Assembly (NCBI GenBank): GCA_038087875.1
Contig: CM075994.1
Span: 1,986,001 to 2,050,000 of the forward strand
Direction: 5' to 3'
Length of the DNA: 64,000 nt
From: Malacoraja senta
Taxonomy: Eukaryota
Both the position numbers and the translations under genes were made by a program. The notes under the pieces were generated by a model. That model had not been told where the DNA came from and made no database searches. It saw only the letters and a list, made by a program, of their open reading frames with translations. Position 1 is the stretch's first letter; the number at the start of each line of letters is the position of its first letter. This document shows positions 24,689 to 37,373 of this stretch, piece by piece.

Positions 24689-27030
24689 AGATACATAGAA
24701 AATAGGTGCAGGTGTAGGCCATTCGGCCCTTCGAGCCTGCACCGCCATTCAATATGATCATGGCTGATCATCCAACTCAGTATCCCGTACCTGCCTTCTC
24801 TCCATACCCCCTGATACCTTTAGCCACAAGGGTCACATCTAACTCCCTCTTAAATATAGCCAATGAACTGGCCTCAACTACCCTCTGTGGCAGAGAGTTC
24901 CAGAGATTCACCACTCTCTGTGTGAAAAGGTTTTTCCTCATCTCGGTCTTAAAGGATTTCCCCCTTATCCTTAAGCTGTGACCCCTTGTCCTGGACTTCC
25001 CCAACATCGGGAACAATCTTCCTGCATCTAGCCTGTCCAACCCCATAAGAATTTTGTACGTTTCTATAAGATCCTCTCTCAATCTCCTAAATTCTAGCGA
25101 GTATAAGCCAAGTCTATCCAGTCTTTCTTCATATGAAAGTCCTGACATCCCAGGAATCAGTCTGGTGAACCTTCTTTGCACTCCCTCTATGGCTATAATG
25201 TCCTTCCTCAGATTTGGAGACCAAAACTGTACGCAATACTCCAGGTGTGGTCTCACCAAGACCCTGTACAACTGCAGTAGAACCTCCCTGCTCCTATACT
25301 CAAATCCTCTTGCTATGAATGCTAACATACCATTCGCTTTCTTCACTGCCTGCTGCACCTGCATGCCTACTTTCAATGACTGGTGTACCATGACACCCAG
25401 GTCTCGCTGCATCTCCCCATTTCCTAATCGGCCACCATTTAGATAATAGTCTGCCTTCCCGTTTTTGCCACCAAAGTGGATAACCTCACATTTATCCACA
25501 TTATACTGCATCTGCCAAACATTTGCCCACTCACCCAGCCTATCCAAGTCACCTTGCAGTCTCCTAGCATCCTCCTCACAGCTAACACTGCCCCCCAGCT
25601 TAGTGTCATCCGCAAACTTGGAGATGTTGCTTTCAATTCCCTCGTCCAGATCATTAATATAAATTGTAAATAGCTGGGGTCCCAGCACTGAGCCTTGCGG
25701 TACCCCACTAGTCACTGCCTGCCATTGTGAAAAGGACCCGTTTACTCCTACTCTTTGCTTCCTGTTTGCCAGCCAGTTCTCTATCCACATCAATACTGAA
25801 CCTCCAATACCGTGTGATTTAAGTTTGTATCCTAATCTCTTATGTGGTACCTTGTCGAAAGCCTTCTGAAAGTCCAGATACAACACATCCGCTGGTTCTC
25901 CCCTATCTACTCTACTAGTTACATCCTCGAAAAATTCTATAAGATTCGTCAGACACGATTTACCTTTCGTAAATCCATGCTGACTTTTCCAATGATTTCA
26001 CCACTTTCCAAATGTGCTGCTATCCCATCTTTAATAACTGACTAGCAGTTTCCCCACTACCGATGTTAGACTAACTGGTCTGTAATTCCCCGTTTTCTCT
26101 CTCCCTCCCTTCTTAAAAAGTGGGGTTACGTTTGCTACCCTCCAATCCTCGGGAACTACTCCAGAATCTAAAGAGTTTTGAAAAATTATCACTAATGCAT
26201 CCAATATTTCTGGAGCTACTTCCTTAAGTACTCTGGGATGCAGCCTATCTGACCCTGGTGATTTATCGGCCTTTAATCCATTCAATTTACCCAACACCAC
26301 TTCCCGACTAACCTGGATTTCACTCAGTTCCTCCATCTCCTTTGACCCGCGGCCCCCTGCTATTTCCGGCAGATTATTTATGTCTTCCTTAGTGAAGACG
26401 GAACCAAAGTAGTTATTCAATTGGTCCGCCATATCCTTGTTCCCCATGATCAATTCACCTGTTTCTGACTGCAAGGGACCTACATTTGTTTTAACTAATC
26501 TCTTTCTCTTCACATATCTATAAAAACTTTTGCATTCAGTTTTTATGTTCCCTGCCAGTTTCCTTTCATAATCTATTTTCCCTTTCCTAATTAAGCCCTT
26601 TGTCCTCCTCTGCTGGACTCTGAATTTCTCCCAGTCCTCTGGTATGCTGCTTTTTCTGGCTAATTTGTACACATCATCTTTTGCTTTGATACTATCCCTG
26701 ATTTCCCTTGTTATCCACGGATGCACTACCTTCCCTGATTTATTCTTTTGCCAAACTGGGATGAACAATTTTTGTAGTTCATCCATGCAGTCTTTAAATG
26801 CCTTCCATTGCATATCCACCGTCAACCCTTTTAGAACGAATTGCCAGTCAATCTTGGCCAATTCACGTCTCATACCCTCAAAGTTACCTTTCTTTAAGTT
26901 CAGAACCGTTGTTTCTGAATTAACAATGTCACTCTCCATCCTAATGAAGAACTCAACCATATTATGGTCACTCTTGCCCAAGGGGGCACGCACAACAAGA
27001 CTGCTAACTAACCCTTCCTCATTACTCAAT
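24689..27030 (-). mobile_element. CR1-clade LINE, 5'-truncated, same family as 15159-17783
   Basis: ORFs 24777..25886 and 26031..27029; same tail; AATCAT duplicated at 24683-24688 and 27051-27056. Confidence 0.93.
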
Positions 27031-27294
27031 ATTGTATTGCCTCATTACTCAATCATGTATTGCCTTTCTGCTGACTGGTTAGCTCGCAACAAAAACCTTT
27101 TCACTGTACCTCGGTGCACATGACAATAAACTAAACTAAACTAGTCTAAACTAAACTTAATTCATTTTGTTTTATATTTGTGATACCAATACCCTCATAA
27201 TACAGTGTTGTCAGATTGTGAATTAAGAACAGAATTAAACGGTCAGTCATCTCTCTATTTATTTTCGAATATCTGTTTTATTAAAAGTAAACCA

Positions 27295-27845
27295 GCATCG
27301 GGCCCTTCGGCTCATCTTGTCTGTGCAGAACACGATGCCAAGTTAACTAATCTCCTCTGCTTGCCTGTGATCTAACTCCCTCCATTTTTTTCATATTCAT
27401 GTGCCCATCAAAATGCCTCTTAAATGGCACTTTCGTATCTGTGTGTTTCAAACACCCACCACACTCTGTGTGTAAAAATAAAATAAAAAAATGGCCCCAC
27501 AAATCTCCTAAAAATATTGCCCCTCGCATCTTAAAACTATGATTCCTCTTTGACATTTCCAACCTCGGGAAAAGGGTTGTGTCTTTCTATACTATCTACT
27601 ATAATATCTCATTATTTTATATACCTCTGTCAGGTCGCCCTCAGCCTCCACGCTCCAGAGAAAACAATCCGTTTGTTCAACCTCCATTTATAATTTATAT
27701 TCTCTAATCCAGGCAGCAATCTGGTAAATCTCTTTTGCACGCTTTCTAAAGCCTCCATATCCTCCCTGTAATAGTGCCACCAGAACTGCACACAATACGC
27801 CAAATACGGCCGAATCAAAGTCCTATAAAGCTGCAACATGACTGG
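27295..27845 (-). mobile_element. Older CR1 3' fragment
   Basis: ORF 27630..27839 LQLYRTLIRPYLAYCVQFWW...VQKRFTRLLPG. Confidence 0.75.
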
Positions 27846-28004
27846 CTGTTATACTAAAAAATATAGGAAGATGAATGGGGCGTGTGACTTTAGAACAGCA
27901 TGGCCCAGTGGGAAAAATCATCTGTAAGATAGAAACAAAATTAAAATAATGCATATGCTGTAAACCTGAAATGTGAAGTGAGAACACCAGCATTCGATCA
28001 ACTA

Positions 28005-28585
28005 TGGGCTGCTGGATCTCCCGGCTGCCAACCATTTCAACTCTCCTTCCCATTCCCTTACTGATCTTTGCTCCTTAATTGCCAGAGTGAGAGCACACAC
28101 AAACTGGAGGAAATGTACCTCGTATTCTGCTTCGGGTTGCTTGCAAACTAACAGTACAAAGAGTGAATTCTCTAATTTTAGGTAACTAACCACCCCCCCC
28201 CACCCCCTTATATTTATATATATTTTCAACCCCCCTCTCTTCCCTGTGCCCCACGTGGATTCACACCTATTTCTCCCCTTCCAACTATATTCCTACCTCT
28301 GGCTTCACAATTCACACCTCTTCTGTCCATATATCACACCTTTTGTCTTTTCACCTCTGGCCTTTGTCAAGCCCTCTGCCTATCAACCCCCCACCCCCTC
28401 CTCCATCTCTGTATCTACCTATCACTCCCCAGGTTTGTCCTGATCCTCCTATCTTGTAGCATTCCCCCCCCCCCAACCACCACAATCAATCTAACGAAGG
28501 GTCCCGACCCAAAACTTCACCTATCCATGTTCTCCAGAAACGCCGCCTGACCCGCTGAGTTACTCCAGCACTTTGTGTCTTTTTG
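28005..28585 (+). mobile_element. Penelope-like element 3' end, degenerate
   Basis: Same GIY-YIG tail (caaccatttcaactctccttcccattccc...ctggaggaa), pyrimidine-rich UTR and pLTR ending ctgagttactccagcactttgtgtc. Confidence 0.65.
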
Positions 28586-29130
28586 CATCATTCTCTGGTG
28601 TACAAATGTCGTTTAAGTGAATAGAACACAAACACAGTTTTTCACTGTACCTCGGCACACATGACAACTTACAAATAATAAACTCTACCTTACAGTACCA
28701 GCGACCCAGCTTCGATCCTGACTACGGGTGTTTTCTGCGTGGAGTTTGCATGTTCTCCCTCTGACCCCGTGGGTTTCCTCCAGTTGCTCTGGTTTCCCCC
28801 CACATCCTAAAGACATGCAGATTTGCAGGTTAATTGGTCACTGTAAAATTGCCCACAATAGGAATTGGAAATGTAGGAAGTGGATGAGAGATATATATGA
28901 ACATGTGTTTGATGGTTGGTGGCGACTCGATGGCCCGAATGGCTTCTTTCCAAGCTGAATCTCAAACTAAACTAAACGGCATCCCTCCCATTAATCTGTA
29001 ACCTTATTTGTGTGGTTGGCGTATCTCATCCTGTTCGCACTTCACTCCAAAAATGAGGTGTCAAAATATGAAATTTTCACCGGCTCTTGGTTTTCCTGAT
29101 AGTTTTCATGCCTTTCATTTCTTTGTCCAG

Positions 29131-29752
29131 GCTTCATCAGCCGACCTTGGGGCTTCTGGTGACGTGTTTGAAGACGGGGAAAACCCTCCAAGTAGCCAGT
29201 CGTCGGAGAGTGGATTCACAGAGTTTGTGCAGTACCAAGCGGACAAGACCGATGACCTTGACAAGGTTCTAGTTGAGGGCCAGGTTTCTGGGTCGGTGCC
29301 ACAGGGCAGCACTTCGTCGGAGACCGAAACTGCTTCCACTGTTGGGTCTGAGGACACCGTGGTCCCATCTTCCACATCGCAGGAAGATAAAGTGGCCGTG
29401 CCCGTGGCAACCTCTACTCAGAAGACGACAATGCAGTATTGTTTAGAATACTTTGAGCAGTTTTTGACCCAGCTGATCACCCTCTACATTATTCCCTGCG
29501 AAACAGTTTGCCAGGCATTTTCAACAGATTTCCACACGGACCCATGTAGAGAGAGAAGCCAGACTAATGACCAGGATCTTGCTGGCAAAGGTGATGCAAC
29601 GTTTCCAGTGACAGAACCACATCTGGGCTCCAAGGAGCATCATCAGTCCTTCGCTGCTGCATGTCAACTTTTCTTTGAGTGCTCCAGCTTTCCTGTTTAC
29701 ATTGCAGAAGGAAGTCAGGCCTCTTCACCTCATAGTAATAAGTCAGAAATGG
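29131..29752 (+). CDS. DOP1A: DOP1A exon (ASSADLG...VFEDGENPPSSQSSESGFTEF...ECSSFPVYIAEG...SEM)
   Basis: gtccAG / GTaagt; lies within ORF 29008..29811; conserved motifs STSSETETASTVGSE and CSSFPVYIAEG. Confidence 0.95.
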
Positions 29753-30099
29753 GTAAGTTTTCCTGCATGCATCTCAGGTTAGACAATGCTTTTATGCTGC
29801 TTATTATGTGATCCTCACTGTTAGGTACCGCACTTTATGCGTGTTTGACCAACGCGTTTTTGAAATAACACGCTTGTTCATTTAATGCCACAGTTTGATT
29901 TACGTTCTTGTTCTTTTTGGAATAACGCGCTCAAATTAACGGCTAACAGCATAGTCACAGCCCAGACCATCACGCACGCAGCAAAAGTGGGAGATGAGAG
30001 GGGCAAGTGGGATGAATCATTTTTTGCTATTTGTCTGCTGTTGATTCAATGTTTGTGACAGCACAATGTTTTGACTGTTGTCTGTTCTCCTTTGTGTAG

Positions 30100-30374
30100 A
30101 TTGTGCACTGGTAAAGCCGCCAGTCTGGCTCCAGACTCTGATGACCGCCTGCTGCTTTGCCAGTGACTTCAGCATTCAGAGTATTGCCATTTCTCTGGTG
30201 CTTGACTTAGTTGGACTCGCACAGTCCGTTGCTGTAGTGAGTGGAGAATGCTTGAACAGCCTTGAATCAGCACAGCCACGGAGTCCCAACCAAGGCACGG
30301 TGGCGGTGGTCATCATGCCTCCACTAACGCTGGGAAACCTCAAGTTTATGGTTCAAAAGACGGGATTTTTCAAG
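30100..30374 (+). CDS. DOP1A: DOP1A exon (DCALVKPPVWLQTLM...KTGFFK)
   Basis: gtgtAG / GTgagt; phase 1 to 0. Confidence 0.94.
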
Positions 30375-30610
30375 GTGAGTCTGTCTTTAAAGATCTCGAG
30401 CTGTGAATGGTGAAGACTCTCTGCCTTCTCTTCTATTTTGGAATGCTTCTGTTTAGTTTAGAGGTACAGTGTGGAAACAGGCCCTTTATCCCACTGAGTG
30501 CGCGCTAACCAGCAATCACCCGTACACTGGTTCTATTCTACATGCTAAGGACAATTGACAGAAGCCAATTAACCTACAAACCTGAACAAAGTCTGAAGAA
30601 GGGTTTTGGC

Positions 30611-31765
30611 GTCACACACACACTAACCACCGCCACCCACACTAACCCCCTTCATATTATATTAATATTATTCATTCGATCCTTTTACCCCATTCCCCCC
30701 GCCCCATCCACTCACGCATAACCCCCAACTGCGCAGGCGCGGCTAGAGAGGGGGTGGGTGGAGAGAGAGGGGGTGGGGGTAGAGAGGGAGAGGGAGGGGG
30801 TAGAGGTGGGGGGGGGCTAGTTCATGAACGCAATACTCCACCACACCCATAGGTCCCAATATTCACCACTCCCAAGAGAGAGGGGGGGGTGGCAGAGAGG
30901 GAGGGAGGGGCAGAGAGGGAGGGCCCCCCCTCCTCCCCCTCTTCCACCTCACCTCCCCCCTCTTCCCCCCCCCTCCCTCCACCCCCCCTCTCTCCCCGCC
31001 CCCTCTCCCCGCACCCTCTCTCTCTCTCTTTCGCTGGCCCGGGGAGGGGGTAGCAAGGGAGGGGGTAGAGACAGCACCTACCCAGATCGTAGAGCAGGCC
31101 TCCCCACCAGGTGCCGAGCCCGAGCTAGGCTGCGGCTGGCGAGAAGCAGAGCGAGGCCCGGAGCGATCTGAGGACGGTGAAAAGCAGCGGGGGGGGCGGC
31201 CGATCGTGGCTTCCGCGAGGGTAAGCCCACTCACCAGCGTGATAGACGATCGGGCGGGGGAGACGGAGAGGAGGTCGTCCCCTGTGACGGCCGCCACGGC
31301 CACTTTTATTCCACGCTCAAAGTTCAAGCAAGCAAGCAAACATCCCCACAAGTAAACATACAAGATCAGAGTTTTATATTATACTAGACCAAGTGCAGAC
31401 CCGTTGGGTCTGGACTCCGAACGTGCTTCAGACCCCGGGGTCTGGTTCCCGAACGTGCTTCAGCGTCTTGACGGCGTAGACACAGAGGACGGCGAAAAGC
31501 AGAGGGGGAAGAGCCGATGTTTGGCTTGAGCCAGCGTGAGAGAGCTGGCCCGGGGTGGGGGGTAATGGAGGAGAGCCAGGCGGCAGCAGCGAAAATCGCC
31601 AGCGAATGAAGAAAAATGTCAGTGTTTTTGGAGGAGAGCTGGGCGCTTGAGCCAGCGTGAGAGAGCCGGCCCGGGGGGGGGGGTCGTGGAGGAGAGCCGG
31701 GCGGCAGCTGCGAAAATCGCCAGCGAAAGGATAAAAATGTCGGCGTTTTTGGAGCAGAATGGGCA
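30611..31765 (-). mobile_element. Non-autonomous Helitron-like elements (two, head to tail)
   Basis: 3' hairpin CAGACCC-aac-GGGTCTG (31396-31412), 8-nt spacer, CTAG (31384-87); adjoining 5'-end motif TATAAAACTCTGATCTTG; internal blocks shared with 40712-41700. Confidence 0.6.
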
Positions 31766-32206
31766 AATGTTTAGTTTAGAGATACAGTGTGGAAACAGGC
31801 CCTTCAGCCCACCGAGTCCACGCCAACCAGCGATCACCCCGTACACTAGTTCTATCCTACACACTTGGGACAATTTACAGAAGCCAAAGGGAGAATGTTC
31901 AAACTCTGTACACACAGCACCTGTAGTCAGGATCAAACCCGGATCTGTGGCGCTGTGAGGCAGCAACTTTACCGCTGCACCACCATGTTGCCCTGGCACA
32001 GGACAGATTGCTGGCAGGAACAGACGCATTAACTTGTCTTTGCCTGAAATTTCTAAAAGTATACCCTTAAATTAAGAAAGTTAAATTAATATATTGTATC
32101 ATCTATGGTGGAATGTCAGTATTAAATTTATAGCAAGTGTATATGCTGCACAGTTTATTAATTAACAATTAAATTGGCATTGATTTTGTTTTCTTTTCCC
32201 CTTAAG

Positions 32207-32359
32207 CAAGTGGCAGTGACACTTTGGAACCAGCTTGGGGAAAAAACACCCCAATATTATCAGAGGAGCGTGGAACTGTTTTATCAGCTGCATAATCTCG
32301 TTCCGTCCTCCAGCGTGTGCGAAGATGTCATAAGTCAGCAACTGCTCAACAAAGACAAG
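32207..32359 (+). CDS. DOP1A: DOP1A exon (QVAVTLWNQLG...CEDVISQQLLNKDK)
   Basis: cttaAG / GTatgg; 153 nt, phase 0-0. Confidence 0.94.
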
Positions 32360-32374
32360 GTATGGGGTTGCCTC

Positions 32375-32650
32375 GTTTAGTTTAGAGATACAGCATAGAA
32401 ACAGGCCATTTGGCCCACTGAGTCCGCATCGACCAGCAATCACCCCGTACACTAATTCTATCCTACACACTGGGGACAATTTACAAAAGCCAATTAACCT
32501 ACAAACGTTGCACGTCCTTGCAATGTGGGAGGAAAGTGGGGCACCTGGAGAAAACTCATGCGGTCACAGGGAGAACGTGCAAACTCCATACAGTCAGTAC
32601 CTGTAGTCAGGGTCGAATTCGGGTCTCTGGCGCTGTAAGGCAGCAACTAT
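32375..32650 (-). mobile_element. V-SINE just downstream of an exon donor
   Basis: tttagtttagagatacagc tail (reverse), V-domain. Confidence 0.75.
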
Positions 32651-34468
32651 ACAAGGTTTAGACTTGGTATATCTGAGAATGCAGAGATCACTAGTCATTT
32701 GATCTTCAAAGCAAAAGGGCATACCTTTCGAGGAGATGAGGAGGAATTTCTTCAGAGGGTGGTGAATCTGTGGAATTCATTGTCACAGATGGATGTGGAG
32801 GCAGTCATTGGGTATTTTTAAGGTGGAGATTGACAGATTCTTGGTTGGTACAGGCATCAGGGGTTATGGGGAGAAAGCAGGTGAATGGGATTGAGGGGGA
32901 AAGATAGATGGCCCATGATTGAATGGCAGAGTAGACTTGATGGGCCGAATGGCCTACATCTGCTTCAATAACATGAACCTCTTGCTAAATCTACAGCTGG
33001 AGTGACACAGTGACTCTTTTCATGCAATCATGTGAAGCTCCGAATGGAAGGCAGGAGTTTTAGACACCAGATATATCTGCGTGCCTTGCTGATATGGGTA
33101 AAAATGAAGTATCCTGGGGCCTGCAGCATGTGTTGGGCCCTTTGTGGATGAATGCAAGAACAACGTGTGGTTGAGATCCTACGTGAACATGGATGTGATC
33201 TGAGGTAGCACCATCCTAATGGAATCAACAATAGGGAGAGGGGAAGGCGGGAGGATAGAGGAGGAGGCAGGGGGTTGGGGAGAGGGAGAGGCGAGTGGAG
33301 ACGGGGGAGAGCAGGAAACGGGGAGAGGCGGAGGTAGAGACAGGTGGGGGGAGGCGGGGAGAGGTTTGCTCTATAACAGGTGAAAGAAACCTGATGAAAT
33401 GAACCAAAATTAGTCCCTTACAATAAACATTCTGTTCCTTCCTACACGTCTCCGATTGTATTGTTTGCAACACCCAGAAAACATATTAAAACTAATTTTA
33501 GGGGCAGCACAGTGGTGCAGTGATAGGGTTGCTGCTTTACAGCACAATAGACGGGGGGTTGATCCTGACTACGGGTGTCGTCTGCGCGGAGCTTGTACGT
33601 TCTCCCTGTGACCATGTGGGTTTTCTCCAGGTGTTCCGGTTTCCTCGCGCAGTTCAAAGACGTACAGGTTTGTAGGTTAATTGACTTCTGTAAAATTGTA
33701 AATCACTACCTACATTATAAAATGTAAATTATAAGTCACTACCTTTGAGGATATACTAACAACAACTATTTACTTGGAACCTTTAACCCAGGGACTTTTA
33801 CCCAGGGTAGAGGCATGAAGAACCATAGGGCATAGGTTTATGGTGAGAAGGGCAAGATTTAATAGGAAGCTGAGGGGCAAGTATTTCACTCAGAGGGTGG
33901 TGGGTGTATGGTATTTGAGGCAGATACTGTGACAATATTTAAAAGACATTTGTACAGCGACGTGGATAGGAAAGGTTTAGAGGGATATGGACCAAATTCA
34001 GGCAAATGGGATTAGCTTAAATGGGACATCGTGGACTGCATGGACAAGTTGGGCCGAAGGAGCCTGTTTCCTTGCAGTATGACTATAACCGAGTAAAGTG
34101 TCACATGGTTTTTCATAGCAGTGATGCCAATAATTTTTGTCAAGCCCCCGTTAGGGCAAAAGTTTGGTCAAGGAAGAAGGTTTATAGAAGCATAGGAGAG
34201 TTGGAGGTGTGTTGAGGCTTTGAAAGATGAAGGCTCAGACACCAATGTGGAACAATTTAAATTTGGGATACAGAAGAGGACAGATCTGCAGATTTACTAA
34301 ACAAGTTCTTTATAGCTGGTTTCAAATGAGGTTACATTTTTCCCCTTTATTTCCCAGCTTACCTGCCAGATAATTTCTTCTTGTGCTTAAGTAAAAATTG
34401 AACCGAAATTGAGCACCGTGTTGCCGCAACTGCATGCGGTTTTAACTTTTATCTTTCTTTTGTTATAG

Positions 34469-34569
34469 AAAATACGAATGGAAGCGCACTTAAAATTTTC
34501 AGTGCTTTGGCACATTACTCGGGATCTTCTCATCAATAAGTCTTCTTCCTTTAAACGCACTTTTGACAG
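34469..34569 (+). CDS. DOP1A: DOP1A exon (KIRMEAHLKFSVLWHITRDL...RTFDR)
   Basis: ttatAG / GTcagt; phase 0 to 2. Confidence 0.93.
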
Positions 34570-35640
34570 GTCAGTGATTTTATAAGCCCTGTGTTATTGT
34601 GGTGGAATAGTATTTTTAAACATGAAAATAGAAGGTTACATGGATACAAGATGCCATTTGTATAATAGAGCCAGAGACCTGCATAACACAGAGCTTTTTA
34701 CCCAGAGTAGGGGAGTCAAGAACCAGAGGAGACAGGTTTAAGGTGGAGGGGAAAGATTTAATGGGAACCTGAGGGACAACTTTTTCACACAGAGGGTGTT
34801 GGGTATTTGGAACGAGCTGCAAGAGAAGGTAGTTGGGGTAGGTACTATAAGGACATTTACATGGACAGGTACATGGATAGGAATGATTTAGAGGGATATG
34901 GGCAAGCACAGTCAAATGGGATTAGCTTAGATGAGGCATCTTGGTCAGCAAGGACAAGTTTGCTGAAGGGCCTGTTTCCGTGCTGTAGGACTCAATGAAT
35001 TAAATCCCAGCCTGCCCAACCTCTCCAAAAACTCAGTCCGTCAACTGCTGTCAAAGTTCTGGGCAGAGAGACACAGCGGTAGAGTTGCTGCCTCAAAGCG
35101 CGAGAGACTCGGGTTCGATCTTGACCTTGGGTGCTGCCTGTATGGAGTTTGTATGTGTACGGGTGATCGTTGGTTGGCATGGACTCGGTTGGCCAAAGGG
35201 CCTGTTTCCATACCGTATCTCTAAACAAAACTAAACACCCGCCCATTCTAGTTAGTTAGGTCCCACACCACCAGCCTCAGAAACAGCTACCTCCCAGGTT
35301 CTTGAACCAACCTACACAACCCTAATCCTATCTCAACAACAGAACATTTCTTACCACCTCTTGCACTTGAACATTGATCATAGATCAGTACAGCACAGGA
35401 AAGGCCCTAGTTTATGGATAATTGATGGTCGGCACAGACTCAGTGGGCTGAAAGGCTTGTTTCCAAGCTGTATAACTAAAACAAGGCATTTTCCAAGCAG
35501 TGCTTACATTTAGTGTAGGAAGGAAATGCAGATGCTGGTTTACACTGAGGATAGACACAAAATGCTGGAGTAACTCAGCGGGCCAGTCTGCATCTCTTGG
35601 AGAAAAGAAATAGGCTTTCATTTACAGTTGTGTTTTGCAG

Positions 35641-35900
35641 ATCTCTTTCCATAATGCTCGATAGCCTGAACAGTACGGATGGTTCCATTTGTTCAGTGGC
35701 TCAGGCTTGGCTGAATCAGGTCATCCAGAGACATGACATTGCAAGAATCCTTGAGCCACTCCTGCTGCTGCTCCTCCACCCAAAAACCCAGCGCATCTCT
35801 GTGCAACGGATGCAAATGGAGTGGCACGTCACGAAACCCAAGAACACTCCTGTGGAAGAAGATGGAAATAATTACTTAGGAGGAATCAATACAGTTGATA
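35641..35900 (+). CDS. DOP1A: DOP1A exon (SLSIMLDSLNS...HDIARILEPLLLLLLHPKTQR...NTVD)
   Basis: ttgcAG / GTgagt; phase 2 to 1; hallmark EPLLLLLLHPKTQR. Confidence 0.93.
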
Positions 35901-37173
35901 GTGAGTGTCCTTTTAATGAGTATTGTTATATGATAAGTCTAGTCATTAATCTATTTTGAATTTTCATTTAATTCACAGTTTGTTAAAATATTGATAAGGA
36001 GAAACAAGATGCTGGAGTCATGATCAGCCATGATTCAATGGTGGGGTAGACTTGATGGGCCAAATGACCTAATTCTGTTCCTATAACATGAACTTATGAG
36101 TGAGTATGTTCTTGTGCTGTACTATTTTATGTTCCATGTAAGAAGGACTTTTGATGACATAATAAAACATTTAAAACTCAATTATCAATATTTTAATTAA
36201 AGCACAAAAGGATGGAGTATGTCAGCGGGTCAGGTAGTATCTTAGTTTCGTATCAGTTTAGTTTGATTTAGATATACAGTACAGTGTGGAAATAGGCCCA
36301 CCGAGTCCATGCCAACCAATAATCGCTCATACACTATTCTATCCTACACACTTGGGACAATTGACAGAAGCTAATTAACCTACAAACCTGCACATCTTTC
36401 ATGATGCTGGAGGAGAATTGAGCAACCAGTGAAAATCCACACGGTCACAGCGAGAACGTACAAACTCCGCTCAGGATTGAACCCAGGTCTCTGGCATGTA
36501 AGTCTACAATTCTACCACTGCACCACTGTGTCTCCCTGTGGAGGGAAATGGACAGGTGGCGATTTGGGTCTGAAGAAGGGTCCTGACCCGAAACGTGAGT
36601 CTGAAGATGGGTCCCAACCGAAAATGACACCTATCCATGTTCTCCAGAGATGCTGCCTGACCCTCTGAGTTACTCCAGCGCGCTTTGTGTTTTCATTAAA
36701 ATATTGATCATTGAGTTTTAATTATTTTATTATGTAATTTAAAGTCCCTCATATATAGAACATAAAACAGTATAGCACAAGAACATGCCCTTAGGCCCAC
36801 AATGTCTGTGCTGAACATGATGCCAAGATAACCTCATCCCCTCTGCTTGCATGTGATCCATATCCCTGCATTCCCTGGATATCTGTGTACTTATCTCAAA
36901 GCTTCTTAAATGCCACTACCCTATCTGCCTCCACTGCCACCTCTTGCAGTGCATTCCAAGCACCCACAGCACTCTGTGTAAAAAGAAACATGTCCCACAC
37001 ATCTCCTTTAAACTTTGGGCCCTCTCACCTTAAAGCTATGCAAGTTACATTTATTGTCACATGCACCAATTGGTACAGTGAGATTTGAGTTACCATGCAG
37101 CCGTACGAATTTAAAAAAACTAGTCTTTAAGAATTTTGCCCCGTGAAAATGGACTATCTATCACTTTCATAAT

Positions 37174-37373
37174 NNNNNNNNNNNNNNNNNNNNNNNNNNN
37201 NNNNNNNNNNNNNNNNNNNNNNNNNNNNNNNNNNNNNNNNNNNNNNNNNNNNNNNNNNNNNNNNNNNNNNNNNNNNNNNNNNNNNNNNNNNNNNNNNNNN
37301 NNNNNNNNNNNNNNNNNNNNNNNNNNNNNNNNNNNNNNNNNNNNNNNNNNNNNNNNNNNNNNNNNNNNNNNNN
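37174..37373. other. Assembly gap (200 N)
   Basis: Run of exactly 200 N, likely a fixed-size scaffolding placeholder. Confidence 0.99.

Noticed and set aside
30824..31766. CpG-rich region as a promoter, CpG island or nested gene
   Set aside because: It shares blocks with 40712-41700 and has Helitron-like ends; the ORFs are low complexity
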